A stretch of 64,000 bases of DNA. Origin: an uncultured Candidatus Binatia bacterium. Lineage in GTDB: Bacteria; Desulfobacterota; Binatia; UBA9968; CAXXLF01. Position 1 is the stretch's first letter. Every line of letters begins with the position of its first letter. The notes beneath the pieces were generated by a model that worked only from the letters and a program-made list of their open reading frames with translations, searched no databases and was not told where the DNA came from. Shown piece after piece: positions 1-9,596 of the stretch. The position numbers were made by a program, and so were the translations under genes. Location: contig OZ244621.1 in the NCBI GenBank assembly GCA_965218425.1, positions 3,360,001-3,424,000 of the forward strand, in the 5' to 3' direction.

Positions 1-2
1 AG

Positions 3-542
3 GACTTTCCTTTATCCATTGGCCGGGTCAGGTCCTTTCTGGGCAACTTTGGAGTGCTCGTGCGTGCTTATACCTATATCATTAGCCTGGGTGCTGATGG
101 GTTGGAGGAAACGAGCCGGATGGCAGTACTCAATGCCAACTATATCCGCAAACGATTGGAAGATCAGTTTCACCTTCCCTACTCAGAGCCCTGCATGCAC
201 GAGTGTGTCTTCACGGACCGCCAACAGCAGAAACTCGGGGTTCACACTATGGATATCGCCAAGCGTTTGTTGGATTACGGTTTTCATCCCCCCACCATTT
301 ATTTCCCCTTGGTGGTGTCCGGGGCCATCATGATCGAGCCCACGGAGACAGAGGCTCCTGAAACCCTGGACAATTTCATTGATGCCATGATCTCCATCGC
401 GCGTGAGGCGCGGGAGGATGCGGCGTTGGTGAATGCTGCGCCGCATTCCACTCCGGTGCGGCGCCTCGATGAGGCAGGTGCGGCAAGGCGGCTGGTGCTT
501 CGATGGGATGGGTCAGAGCCAAAAGACAGCGGGGGTAAATAA
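3..542 (+). CDS. gcvPB: Glycine dehydrogenase (decarboxylating) subunit 2, 3' part (runs off window start)
   Basis: Frame open from nt 3 (SIGRVRSFLGNFGVLVRAY); motifs AVLNANY, CMHECV, DIAKRLLDYGFHPPTIYFPL, MIEPTETE. Confidence 0.95.
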   Translation, partial: DFPLSIGRVRSFLGNFGVLVRAYTYIISLGADGLEETSRMAVLNANYIRKRLEDQFHLPYSEPCMHECVFTDRQQQKLGVHTMDIAKRLLDYGFHPPTIYFPLVVSGAIMIEPTETEAPETLDNFIDAMISIAREAREDAALVNAAPHSTPVRRLDEAGAARRLVLRWDGSEPKDSGGK

Positions 543-580
543 GGTAGATGGCTGATCCCAAGGGCGGCGGTAAGCGATAT

Positions 581-1372
581 CTAAGGCGTATAGCTGTATC
601 TCAACCGATTATCGTAGTATTCAAAACTGGCACTGATGGCGAGACGTTCCTTTCCGATCCACCGAGGGATTGGATGGAAAGGTGCCGCAGCCTGGATGGC
701 TCGAATGGCTTCATCATCCAGGATCGGATATCCCGAGGAGCGGAGCAATTGGGCTCCCATCAACGTTCCGTTTTTTTTGATTCTAAATTCCACTACCAAT
801 CTTCCTTGTATCCCTTGACTTAAGGCTGGTGGTGGATACTCCCACACCAGCTCAATATCCCGTTTCACGCTCGCAAGGTAAGAGATGTAGTTCGGATCTG
901 TGCTGTCTAACCGAATCACTTCCTCATCCACGTCGGCGCCGTTACGTGACGGCGCCATTGCCATAGAGGGGAGAAGCTCCTTCAGAGAGGGAAGAGGACG
1001 TTGGACGATGGATCGTTCTGGCTTTTTGGGGCGCGAAGCTTTCTTGGATTTTTCGGGTTGAAATCTGAACCCCTTTGGTGGGGTTGGTTTGCCAACCTTT
1101 GGGGCGGGCGATTTTGCTGCGAACTTCTTGGTTTTCGGCAGGGCCCTTCGCCCGGGATTAGTGCGTTTGCTTAACCTGCTGTCTTGTGCCGGTTTTATCG
1201 GCTTTTCTTTCTTGATGACTTCCTTCTTTTCCGGCAAGGGCAAGAAGCTTACCGGGATCGGCAAGGGTTTCTGCTCTAATTTCGGCGAGTTAGACCGTAT
1301 AGGCAAAAGCGCAAGGTGCAGGCTTAGAGAGATGAGAAAGAAGGGGACTATGTTAAATCTTTGGGCACGCAC
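581..1372 (-). CDS. TonB family energy transducer
   Basis: N-terminal TM with SLSLH, Pro/Lys-rich linker, C-terminal YPPPA...SSGYPILDDEAIRAI TonB_C motif. Confidence 0.88.
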   Translation of the reverse strand: MRAQRFNIVPFFLISLSLHLALLPIRSNSPKLEQKPLPIPVSFLPLPEKKEVIKKEKPIKPAQDSRLSKRTNPGRRALPKTKKFAAKSPAPKVGKPTPPKGFRFQPEKSKKASRPKKPERSIVQRPLPSLKELLPSMAMAPSRNGADVDEEVIRLDSTDPNYISYLASVKRDIELVWEYPPPALSQGIQGRLVVEFRIKKNGTLMGAQLLRSSGYPILDDEAIRAIQAAAPFHPIPRWIGKERLAISASFEYYDNRLRYSYTP

Positions 1373-1498
1373 AGATCAATCTTATCGTATCGTTAGTCTA
1401 CCGGGCAAGTGATGGGTTGGATGGATTCCAAGGGCGAAACAGACTCAGTTTGCATATGGGGAAGGCAATAAGATAAGATTGCTTCGAGTTGTGATACT

Positions 1499-1708
1499 AT
1501 GTTTGGCTTTGGTGTTTGGGAACTAGTCATCATTCTGGTAATCATCGTTATCCTCTTTAGCCGTAAGCTCCCTGAGATTGGTGAGGGCCTCGGCAAGGGG
1601 ATCCGTGGCTTTCGGAAATCCATCAAGCAATCCGATGAAATCGATGTAACGCCGGATGGTGAGCAGGAAAAAGCGGACAAAGAGAAAGGAGACAAAGAAT
1701 CCCCTTAA
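1499..1708 (+). CDS. tatA: Twin-arginine translocase TatA/TatE subunit
   Basis: MFGFGVWELVIILVIIVILF...KLPEIGEGLGKGIRGFRKS is the typical TatA TM plus amphipathic helix. Confidence 0.93.
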   Translation: MFGFGVWELVIILVIIVILFSRKLPEIGEGLGKGIRGFRKSIKQSDEIDVTPDGEQEKADKEKGDKESP

Positions 1709-3219
1709 GCCTCTCCCTTTGTGGTCAAGACGCGGCAGCTAAAGGACTTAATATCCTTGGCGGGCTTGAGAAAGACGATGGTAAAAGCCGCGGACCCATC
1801 CGGTGCAATCTCAAATCTTTTTTGCGGTTTTAATCGTTGCAGGATGGCAATTTCCCGTACCGTCATGTCTCGAATGATTTTTGATGAGATGGGATTACCC
1901 ACGGAAATGGTCTGGCGTCCAACTTGCTTTCCCGCCGCGGTATGAATCAAACCCTCCAGGCGAATCTCTCTTACACTTACCGGGTTGCGGTTTGAGATCT
2001 TTCCTGTGACCACAAAAACCTGCCGACCGCCGAGGATTTTTTGAAAGCCGGAGCGTAAGGATTCCAGTACGATACCCTGTCGAAGGTGGCTGTTCTTGAA
2101 GATCACAGGGCCGAACCAGGGAATGGATTTGAGATAAGCCTCCAACCTTGCCGGTTGGGCTTGGTAGACAAGGGTCAGCAATGAAAACGTCAGCAGGAGA
2201 ATACCAAAAAGACTTATGTATGGGATCACCGATATAAGTCCACCCATGCGGGTTTCCTGAGTAGCGATAGGAGGTCGCCTCCTTTCCACGTACGGTTGGG
2301 GACTCGGACCAGTGTCTCCAGGGCCGGGAGATAAGGCGAGGTCTTTTTTCTTTACACCGAAGGTCTTGCCTTTGTACTCTCTCACGTTGGACTTTGTCAA
2401 TTGCGGTGCTATTTCCGCTTCATTACCTTGCGCGGGAGAGTTTTTTCTCCTGCTGGGCGATTCCCGCTCCAAACCGAACGGATCCATATCCATGGGATTC
2501 ACCGCGGTGGGTTCTTCTTGCTCAGCGGGTTCCTCGGCTCGAGTGACAAAATTCTCCTCGTTTTTGATTTCCGGTTCAGGGTCCTGGGTGTGATTATCCT
2601 CGCGCTGGGTTAGAGTTTCCTGATTTTGGGCGAAGAATTCGTGGGGAGAAAGAGGCTCATCCTTTACTGATAAAGTTTCTTCGCTTTGCGTGACGGATTC
2701 CTGACTCTCTGAGAGGGAATCATCGTTATAGGCGGCGGTATCCTGAGGTTCCATTGGAAAGTCCAGGCTTCGGTTTAAGGCCTTTGGATCTTGGGCTGGG
2801 GGTTCTTGGCTTTCGTTGTGAGGATCTTGACTCTGAAGAGCAGATTCTTGGCTTGGAGCGAAGGGGTCCGGCCCCTGGGCAAACGGGTCGTCGTTCAAGG
2901 ACGGTTCGGATTCCGATGATTGTGATTCCATAGGTTGCTTTGGGGCCGACTCCGTTTTTTCTCGAGAGAAAAATACGTCGTTCTCGTTTTCCTTTCCCGT
3001 GGCCTCGGTGGAGGAGGGAAAGGGTAAGCTCGGCTCCTCACCCTTTTTTTCCAGTGTGGTTTGGATCGAGGCGTTGTCGGGTTCGTCGGCTATATTTGAT
3101 TTCAAATCCAGGGCGAAGATGAGCTTGCAGCGAGAGCAGCGAAAGATAGGCTTGCTGCTGTCGATCAAGTTATCGCCAACGCGATACGTGGTATAGCAAC
3201 CGGGGCATTTGACAAGCAT
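1705..3219 (-). CDS. MJ0042-type zinc-ribbon membrane protein with C-terminal DUF3426-like domain
   Basis: N-terminal CPGC...CSRC finger, long acidic linker, one TM, then VVTGKISNRN...FTIVF beta domain. Confidence 0.8.
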   Translation of the reverse strand: MLVKCPGCYTTYRVGDNLIDSSKPIFRCSRCKLIFALDLKSNIADEPDNASIQTTLEKKGEEPSLPFPSSTEATGKENENDVFFSREKTESAPKQPMESQSSESEPSLNDDPFAQGPDPFAPSQESALQSQDPHNESQEPPAQDPKALNRSLDFPMEPQDTAAYNDDSLSESQESVTQSEETLSVKDEPLSPHEFFAQNQETLTQREDNHTQDPEPEIKNEENFVTRAEEPAEQEEPTAVNPMDMDPFGLERESPSRRKNSPAQGNEAEIAPQLTKSNVREYKGKTFGVKKKDLALSPGPGDTGPSPQPYVERRRPPIATQETRMGGLISVIPYISLFGILLLTFSLLTLVYQAQPARLEAYLKSIPWFGPVIFKNSHLRQGIVLESLRSGFQKILGGRQVFVVTGKISNRNPVSVREIRLEGLIHTAAGKQVGRQTISVGNPISSKIIRDMTVREIAILQRLKPQKRFEIAPDGSAAFTIVFLKPAKDIKSFSCRVLTTKGEA

Positions 3220-3490
3220 ATCTTTATTCAGCGTGTGCGGGGAATACGCCGCTCAATCAAAAAGTTAAACCACTACTATTCATATTCTATCATGATCAGT
3301 TGAGCGGTCTCAATGATTTTTCCTGGCATTATCAGGCTCAAAATCACGGTTCCTAGCAGCCGACTCAAAACTCTGGACATTGACCGGATACCCACCGCGC
3401 CCCACGGAACATCGTAGTTCCATGGCTGCCAGATATCTAAACCTCCCGATGCCAAATAGTTAGGTTGTCGATAGGATGGAACGATAGAGG

Positions 3491-4492
3491 TCAAATGGAG
3501 AATTGAAGATCTCCGACCTTCATTTTCTCTTGCCAGCCAATCCACAGATTGGTGGTAAGGTATTTCCCTCCGAAGTCGGGAAAAACCGTGACTAGGGTGC
3601 CAGAGCGGAGTTTTTTTGCTATTTGCAGGGTCACGTGCAGGGCGGCACCGGATGACTGTCCCACCAGCACACCCTCCTCTTGATTGATGCGATAGACCAT
3701 CGTGTAGGCGTCCTCCGTGGACACGGGTATCTTCGCATCCAGTTTCTCTTCGTGATAGATCCCTGGAACGATGGAGCTGGCCATGTGTTTTAGACCTTCC
3801 AGTCCATGGAGCGCATCGTCGGGTTCGACTGCGACGATTCGGATCTTTGGGTTTTGTTCCTTCAGATATCGGCCGGTTCCCATGATGGTCCCTCCGGTAC
3901 CGATACCTGCTATGAAGTGGGTGATGTCACCGTAGGTCTGGCGAAAGATTTCCGGTCCAGTGGTTTCATAATGGGCTAGGCTGTTCATGGAGTTAAAATA
4001 CTGGTCTGGCTTGAAGTATTTGTCCGGGTTTTTCTTGATGATCTCTCGACAGAGAAGGATCGCGCCGTCGGATCCCTCCATGGGGTCGCTGTAAATGACC
4101 TTTGCTCCGTAGGCCGCCAGTATCCGCTTGCGCTCGACGCTTACGTTTTCGGGAATGGCCAACTCCACGGGGTACTGCATCGCCCTGCCGAGCATGGCCA
4201 ACGCAATCCCGGTATTGCCGGAACTGGACTCGATGATGGTCTTACCCTTTTTCAGTTTCCCGGACTTGATCCCCTCCTGAACCATCCTGAGGGCAGGGCG
4301 GTCTTTTACGGAACTACCCGGATTGAAGCCTTCCAACTTGGCAAAGATCCGAACCCCCCGAGGAAGTCCACTGGTAATCTTCCGAATTTCTAATAGCGGT
4401 GTCTCTCCAATGAGATCCACTACAGACTCAACCTTTCGTAGCTCGGTGAATCCTGCGGAGACCTCGGCGAGACGGGGGATGGGTTTTAACAT
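3491..4492 (-). CDS. PLP-dependent cysteine synthase family (CysM/CysK-like)
   Basis: IGETPL, AKLEGFNPGSSVKDR (PLP Lys), SSGNTG, HYETTGPEI, GIGTGGT. Confidence 0.92.
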   Translation of the reverse strand: MLKPIPRLAEVSAGFTELRKVESVVDLIGETPLLEIRKITSGLPRGVRIFAKLEGFNPGSSVKDRPALRMVQEGIKSGKLKKGKTIIESSSGNTGIALAMLGRAMQYPVELAIPENVSVERKRILAAYGAKVIYSDPMEGSDGAILLCREIIKKNPDKYFKPDQYFNSMNSLAHYETTGPEIFRQTYGDITHFIAGIGTGGTIMGTGRYLKEQNPKIRIVAVEPDDALHGLEGLKHMASSIVPGIYHEEKLDAKIPVSTEDAYTMVYRINQEEGVLVGQSSGAALHVTLQIAKKLRSGTLVTVFPDFGGKYLTTNLWIGWQEKMKVGDLQFSI

Positions 4493-4510
4493 ATCGAAAA
4501 GGAAAAGGAG

Positions 4511-4795
4511 TCAGCGCCCGCCAGCAATGGCAGGGACGATGGAAATACTGTCACCGTTGTTGACCGATGTGTCCAGATTTTGGAGGAATCGAATATCATC
4601 CCCGTTCACATACACATTGACAAATCTACGAATTTTGCCTGATTCGTCGCAGATTCTTTCTTTAATTCCAGGATAGTTCTTCTCCAGATCGTCCACAAGG
4701 GCCTTAACGGTATCGCCAGCGGCCTCCACCTCGTCGGCTCCTTTTGTGTATTTCCTAAGGGGAGTCGGTACCCGAACTCGCGTGTTCATTATCAT
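4511..4795 (-). CDS. MoaD/ThiS/CysO-type ubiquitin-like sulfur carrier protein, ending GG-R
   Basis: VRVPTPLRKYT...RFVNVYVNGDDIRFL...IVPAIAGGR. Confidence 0.92.
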   Translation of the reverse strand: MIMNTRVRVPTPLRKYTKGADEVEAAGDTVKALVDDLEKNYPGIKERICDESGKIRRFVNVYVNGDDIRFLQNLDTSVNNGDSISIVPAIAGGR

Positions 4796-4804
4796 ACCTC
4801 CTTG

Positions 4805-4852
4805 ATAAATATAACGTTATTTTTATATAAACCTTCCAATCCCTTCTTTCAA
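4805..4852 (-). promoter_or_regulatory. Putative sigma70 promoter with overlapping 22-bp palindromic operator upstream of the sulfur carrier gene
   Basis: Minus strand TTGAAA(4852-4847)-N17-TATATA(4829-4824); palindrome ATAAATATAACGTTATTTTTAT at 4805-4826. Confidence 0.55.
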
Positions 4853-4929
4853 GGTGCCGAATCCGACGGCTGCTACAGCCGCCTTTGGGCGTAAGCCCCG
4901 CCGGCCCAAAGTTCCAATTTAATGAATCC

Positions 4930-6174
4930 TTAGCCCTGGACGGCCTTTACTTTTTCCACGCCGGAATTGTTGAGTTCACGGTAGAGTTCATGGAATTTCC
5001 TAATATCGGCATCGATGCAGATTGGAGGTTGGACGCCCTTGGCCAGCACTTCCAAAGTCTTGTACCCGTTGCCGGTAATACTGATAACGATGGACTCGTC
5101 CCTTGGGGTCCTTCCCTGCTCAATGAGTTTCTTGGTTACGGCCACCTCGGTACCGCCGGCTGGTTCTGTAGAAATTCCCTCCGTTGTCGCCCGGAGTCGT
5201 ATCCCTTTGAGGATCTCATCATTTGTTACGCTCTCTCCCCAGCCCCCGGACTCCCGTATGGCCTTTACGACATAGTACCCGTCCGCCGGGTCACCGATGG
5301 CTATGGACGAAGCAATGGTGTCGGGTTTTACGGGAGTAATGAGATCGATTCCACTCTTCAGGGCTTGGACGATGGGGGGCGCGGCCGGTTGCCTGAGCTG
5401 CATAGATCTTGCACTGGCCATCTTGAACGAGACCCGGCTGTTTGAGTTCTTCGGAGGCCCTTGCCCCCTGCGGAGGCAACCACGATATTTTCGGGGAGCT
5501 TTCAGCCCAACTGTTCCGCGATTTCAAAGCCGTGTGTTTTTGCCCCTTCGGCATAGTAGGGCCTTAGGTTAACGTTGATGAGGCCCAAGCGTATTTGTCG
5601 CCAATTTCGCTCAGAGTCGGTTGACGTCGTCGTCGTTGCCTTTGATTGAAACGGTGTGGGGGCCATAGATTTGAGAGCCAATGATCTTTCCCTGTTCCAA
5701 GCCTTCAGGGATGAAGACGTAGCAGTTCAATCCGACCTTTGCGGCATGGGCGGCTACGGAATTGGTCAGGTTCCCCGTGGAGGCACAAGACACCGTGTCA
5801 TAACCAAATTCCATTGCCTTGGCGATGGCGACCGATACCACGCGGTCCTTGTAGGAGAAGGTGGGATGGTTGACCGAATCGTCTTTGAAATAGAGTTCCT
5901 TCACGCCGAGTGATTCGCCTAATCTGTGAGCTTGAACCAGAGGAGTGTAACCGGAGTAGAGCCCCACCGGGGGCTCCCCATTTATGGGCAAGAGTTCCCG
6001 ATAGCGCCAGAGGCTGTTGGCACGCGAGGATATCTTATGCCGGTTGAGGTTTTTTTGATCTCAAGGTAGTCGTAAACGACTTCTAGGGGACCAAAGCAGT
6101 CTTCACACACGTGGATGGGGGCCGTCGAATTCTCGACGACATTCTTTACACTTCAATCCCAGTACATAACCCAT
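4930..6174 (-). pseudogene. Threonine synthase-like PLP enzyme, multiply frameshifted
   Basis: MGYVLGLKCKEC / HVCEDCFGPLEVVYDY / SLWRYRELLP / KDDSVNHPTFSYKDR / CASTGN / STEPAGG / ITGNGYKT fall in different frames; several indels. Confidence 0.9.
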
Positions 6175-6192
6175 GGACAATGCTCCTTAAAA

Positions 6193-6987
6193 TCAAAGGC
6201 CGGCCTTGGCTCTCCTCGAGGTAATTTTCTCCCCTCCACAGGCCTTGCAATGGGGGTCTTGCCGCACCGGGATGGTTCTGAAGCTCATTTGTTTGCCATC
6301 AAAGGTAAGCAAACGGTTCACCAAGAGATCCTCTTCCATACCGAGAAAAAATTTAATGGCCTCAGTGGCCTGTATGGAGCCTATGGTTCCTCCGATGGCG
6401 CCGAGGATTCCCATCTGTTGGCATCCTAGGATTTCGCCTGGGGGAGGGGACTCTTTAAAAAAGCAGCGGTAACAAGCGCTTTTGCCAGGTACCACGGTCA
6501 TGGTTTGGCCCTGAAATCGCATGATACCGGCATGGGAAAAGGCTTTCCCCAATGCCAGGGCCGTGTCGTTGACGAGAAATTTAGTGTCAAAATTGTCACT
6601 GCCGTCGATGATGAAATCATAGTCCTTGATGATCTGCGCCGCGTTTTCTTCCATCAGCCGTACCGGATAGGGACGGATATCGACTTCCGGGTTCAAGCCA
6701 TGGAGTTGATCTCTAGCTGAGTCCACCTTCTTTCTGCCCAGGTCTTTTGCAGAGTGAAGAATCTGCCGTTGCAGATTGGAAATCTCCACCTGATCACTAT
6801 CAACGATCCCCAAGGTTCCTACCCCGGCCGCCGCTAAGTAAAAGGCCGCAGGGCAGCCCAATCCCCCGGCTCCGACCACTAGGACTTTGCGCTGGAGCAG
6901 GCGGATTTGCCCCTTTCCTCCCAGATCTGGGATTAGGATCTGGCGGCTGTATCGCTCGATCTGTTCTGGTGTGAGCCGAATCGTCAT
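6193..6987 (-). CDS. MoeB/ThiF/HesA family adenylyltransferase (no rhodanese domain)
   Basis: RYSRQIL, GAGGLG, SNLQRQ, DGSDNF, CYRC and CKAC Zn motifs; start placed at ATG 6987. Confidence 0.93.
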   Translation of the reverse strand: MTIRLTPEQIERYSRQILIPDLGGKGQIRLLQRKVLVVGAGGLGCPAAFYLAAAGVGTLGIVDSDQVEISNLQRQILHSAKDLGRKKVDSARDQLHGLNPEVDIRPYPVRLMEENAAQIIKDYDFIIDGSDNFDTKFLVNDTALALGKAFSHAGIMRFQGQTMTVVPGKSACYRCFFKESPPPGEILGCQQMGILGAIGGTIGSIQATEAIKFFLGMEEDLLVNRLLTFDGKQMSFRTIPVRQDPHCKACGGEKITSRRAKAGL

Positions 6988-7003
6988 TGCCTTACAAACT
7001 CCA

Positions 7004-7036
7004 AAAAAAACCCCTTCCCGGATAAGAAGAGGTTTT
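7004..7036 (-). terminator. Intrinsic terminator, expression platform of the SAM-I riboswitch
   Basis: Minus strand AAAACCTCTTC-TTATCCGG-GAAGGGG-TTTTTTT. Confidence 0.8.
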
Positions 7037-7042
7037 CGCCTC

Positions 7043-7169
7043 ACCTTATCTGCCCCCTCGGTTTTTTGCTGGTCCTAAGGGGTGGGATTTAGCACCGTAG
7101 TCCCATCTCATCGATGGAACGGGTTGCTGTGGTTTCAACGGGCCAGTCCCTCAACCACTCTTGATAAGG
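7043..7169 (-). ncRNA. SAM-I (S-box) riboswitch
   Basis: Minus strand CCTTATCAAGAG-TGGTTGAGGGACTGGCCC-GTTGAAACC-ACAGCAACC...GGTGCTAAATCC...AGATAAGG matches the S-box consensus; lies upstream of sulfur genes. Confidence 0.95.
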
Positions 7170-7190
7170 TATGAACCTATTGTGGCGGTT

Positions 7191-7219
7191 AAAGTAGCCT
7201 ACTACCGACACCCTGTCAA
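7191..7219 (-). promoter_or_regulatory. sigma70 promoter for the SAM-riboswitch operon
   Basis: TTGACA(7219-7214)-N17-TACTTT(7196-7191), about 20 nt before the aptamer. Confidence 0.75.
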
Positions 7220-7224
7220 GGCGG

Positions 7225-8333
7225 CGTAGTGGATCAGTACATATGAGACAGGGAGGGATTTTTGGAGGATACGATGCCTCGGTCTTGGAGATATTGCAAG
7301 GGAGTTAAGTAATTAAGTGCCTGGTGGGGCCGTACCGTATTGTAGGTCCGTTCCCATTCGAGCAGTTGTTGGTTAAGAGCCTCAACGGTCCAAGCACACT
7401 GTTGGACCTCATAGAACTCCTCAGTGTGAGTACGGTTAGCCCGTTGCACAGCACCATTGAGCTTAGGACTTTTAGGCCCCACGACGAACAACCGGATGCC
7501 ATGTTGTTGGCAGTGGGTCTCAAAGTCAGAGAACAACTCTGAGCCTCCATCGACCTGAAAGGCACGTACGGCAAAGGGCATACGAGCCTTGATGGTATCG
7601 ATGAACGAGGCGGCTAGGGGGGCGCTAGCTTGACGATGAACTTTGAGTACGTCCCAGCGCGAGACCACATCGCGGGCAGTGAACTGTTTGAGGATCACGC
7701 CTGGCACGGGACCGATGTCGAGGGTGTCGATTTGAACCAGGTCGCCAGGGTAAAGGGGCTGATAGTCTTTGGGTTTACCGATAGCGTAGGGTCTTAGCTT
7801 ACGCCGTCTTTTTGTGGAGATAGCTTGGGGTTTTGGCTCTATGAGTTGTCCGCGCTGCCTGACAGAGCTGAGAATACGGCCCACGGTAGGAGCACAGACC
7901 TCAAAGCCTTCGTTTTGAAGTAGCACTACGAGTTTGTTTTTACCCCAGCGGGGATATTGCTCTGTTAAGCGTAGTATTGCCTGCTTGAGGGCCAGGGGCC
8001 ATTGGGGCTGTGTGAACCGGTGCGGTTTGCGAGAACGCTCTCGAAGGGAGCCGAGGTCGTTGGGATCAAAGCGTTGGAGCCGGAGGTAAACAGTGGGTCG
8101 GCTCAGGTCAAAAGTGCGGTAGGTAAGCTTTATGTCTTTGGTCTCCTGCCACAGAAGGAGGGCTCTAAGTCGATCGCGCTCTTTGGGCGAGAGGTTAGTG
8201 TGGAGATGACGGCAAGCCCAGTTAAATTGCCAGTTCAGTCCAAAGTAGCTCATGGAGGGGTCCTTTCTTTATACTTACAAAACCTCTCCTTTGTAGCTTA
8301 AATCTGTCTCACATGTGTTTGATCCAGTTCACG
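7225..8333 (-). mobile_element. IS481-family insertion sequence (transposase 7234-8253, probably inactive)
   Basis: HTH plus rve domain (QIDT, QVDGGSE, NGAVQRANRT, YNTVRPHQAL); imperfect terminal IRs GTAGTGGATCAGTACATATGAGACAG and GTGAACTGGATCAAACACATGTGAGACAG; no TSD seen. Confidence 0.88.
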
Positions 8334-8387
8334 GATCGAGGTTAGCAAACCGTTTGGAATTCCTGCAAAAACAGATGCCGGTGGCCT

Positions 8388-8517
8388 TCTCGGGAGCGAG
8401 CCCTCATGTCGTGAGCAACAGGCCTGTGACTATCTGAAGCGAAACGTTCGATGCCTCCGGCCTTCATCCTCATTCTCTTCGTCGCCTTTCATAGTTCCCT
8501 ACTCAAAACTCAGCACT
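8388..8517 (-). repeat. ~130-bp non-coding repeat, copy A
   Basis: Reverse complement aligns to 10456-10586 with about 25 differences in 131 nt by hand (one indel). Confidence 0.9.
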
Positions 8518-8568
8518 ATTTACTGGTTGGATGGTGTCCCGACTCTTAGATGTGATATCTTATTAAGA

Positions 8569-8717
8569 GTGATCTACCTAGCCAACATTAAACGGCTTTT
8601 TTGCTTGTTTATCGGTCTTGTTATTTGGTCCTGCGGGTCTGGTGGGGAAGACTTTAACCAGGTTAGAAACCTCGATTCTGTTGGAAAAAATGTTATCAGT
8701 TTTGGGAACAGTTGACA
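8569..8717 (+). pseudogene. N-terminal stub of a lipoprotein SGNH/GDSL esterase
   Basis: Signal/lipobox LVIWSC then VISFGNS(LT) block-I motif, broken right after. Confidence 0.5.
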
Positions 8718-8719
8718 AA

Positions 8720-9489
8720 TTTCGGGTCCGTGGAGCCGAAAAGCCAGCCCAAACCCTCCCCAATGTAATTACCGTAGACCTTGATGGTCTTAATGCCGAA
8801 GACCCAACCCGCATGCAGGCCAATGGAAAGGTAAAGGGAACCGGTCCGCGTGAAGGCACAGCTCAACACGACACCTAGAAGGAATAGCCCAAAGAGCCCC
8901 GGAAAAAAACCCAGGGGATCCGAAGACGGCGCGAAGGTTTGTGCGAGATGTTTGCAGCCGGGTAAGGGGTCGAAACCCTGGATGGTGCTTGCTTGAGCAG
9001 GGGCACAAAGTGAATGGCCGAGTAGAAAAGGTTTGCCCCGATAAGTGCTCCAGAAGGATTCCCCGCAAGAACACTTCTTCCAAGAATCCCACCGTTGCTG
9101 CCGCGAAAGTCGCGCTGGCGCACCGTTGAAACCCCGCTCCCAAAGTCAGGCGGATTTCCGGCCAGAATGCGCCCGTTACGCTCATGGCCACCACCGCCAT
9201 AAAGGATATGAGCGCAAGGATAAACCCGGTAAACAAATCACGTATCCCTGACGTAGAGAGGTGAGCCCCAATTCTAAGAAAGCGCCGAAAGATGAAAAAC
9301 AGGATGATGGCGAGGACCATGAAGATGCGATTAAAAATCCGGGAGAACGGGTAGTGGACATTTTCCCAGGCCGGGATGGCTGAGCGCAGGGCCTCCCAGC
9401 CTACTGTGGCCTAGGGACTGACAAGACAGGTGAGGAAGAGCACTGCCAACAGGGAGACAAACACCCGTTGATAGGTTTTAAGGATCATG
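8720..9489 (-). pseudogene. CPBP (Abi/CAAX) intramembrane metalloprotease, in-frame stop plus frameshifts
   Basis: VGFLEEVFLRG, FYSAIHF and RTGSLYLSIGLHAGW motifs in different frames; TAG near 9412. Confidence 0.8.
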
Positions 9490-9596
9490 AGTTTCTCAGG
9501 TCGCAAACGCTCAAGTAAACACAAGTTCTTAGCCCTGTCAAAAACCAGACTGCGATGTTAAAAAACCAGTATGCAGATCAGACCAGGAGGACAACC

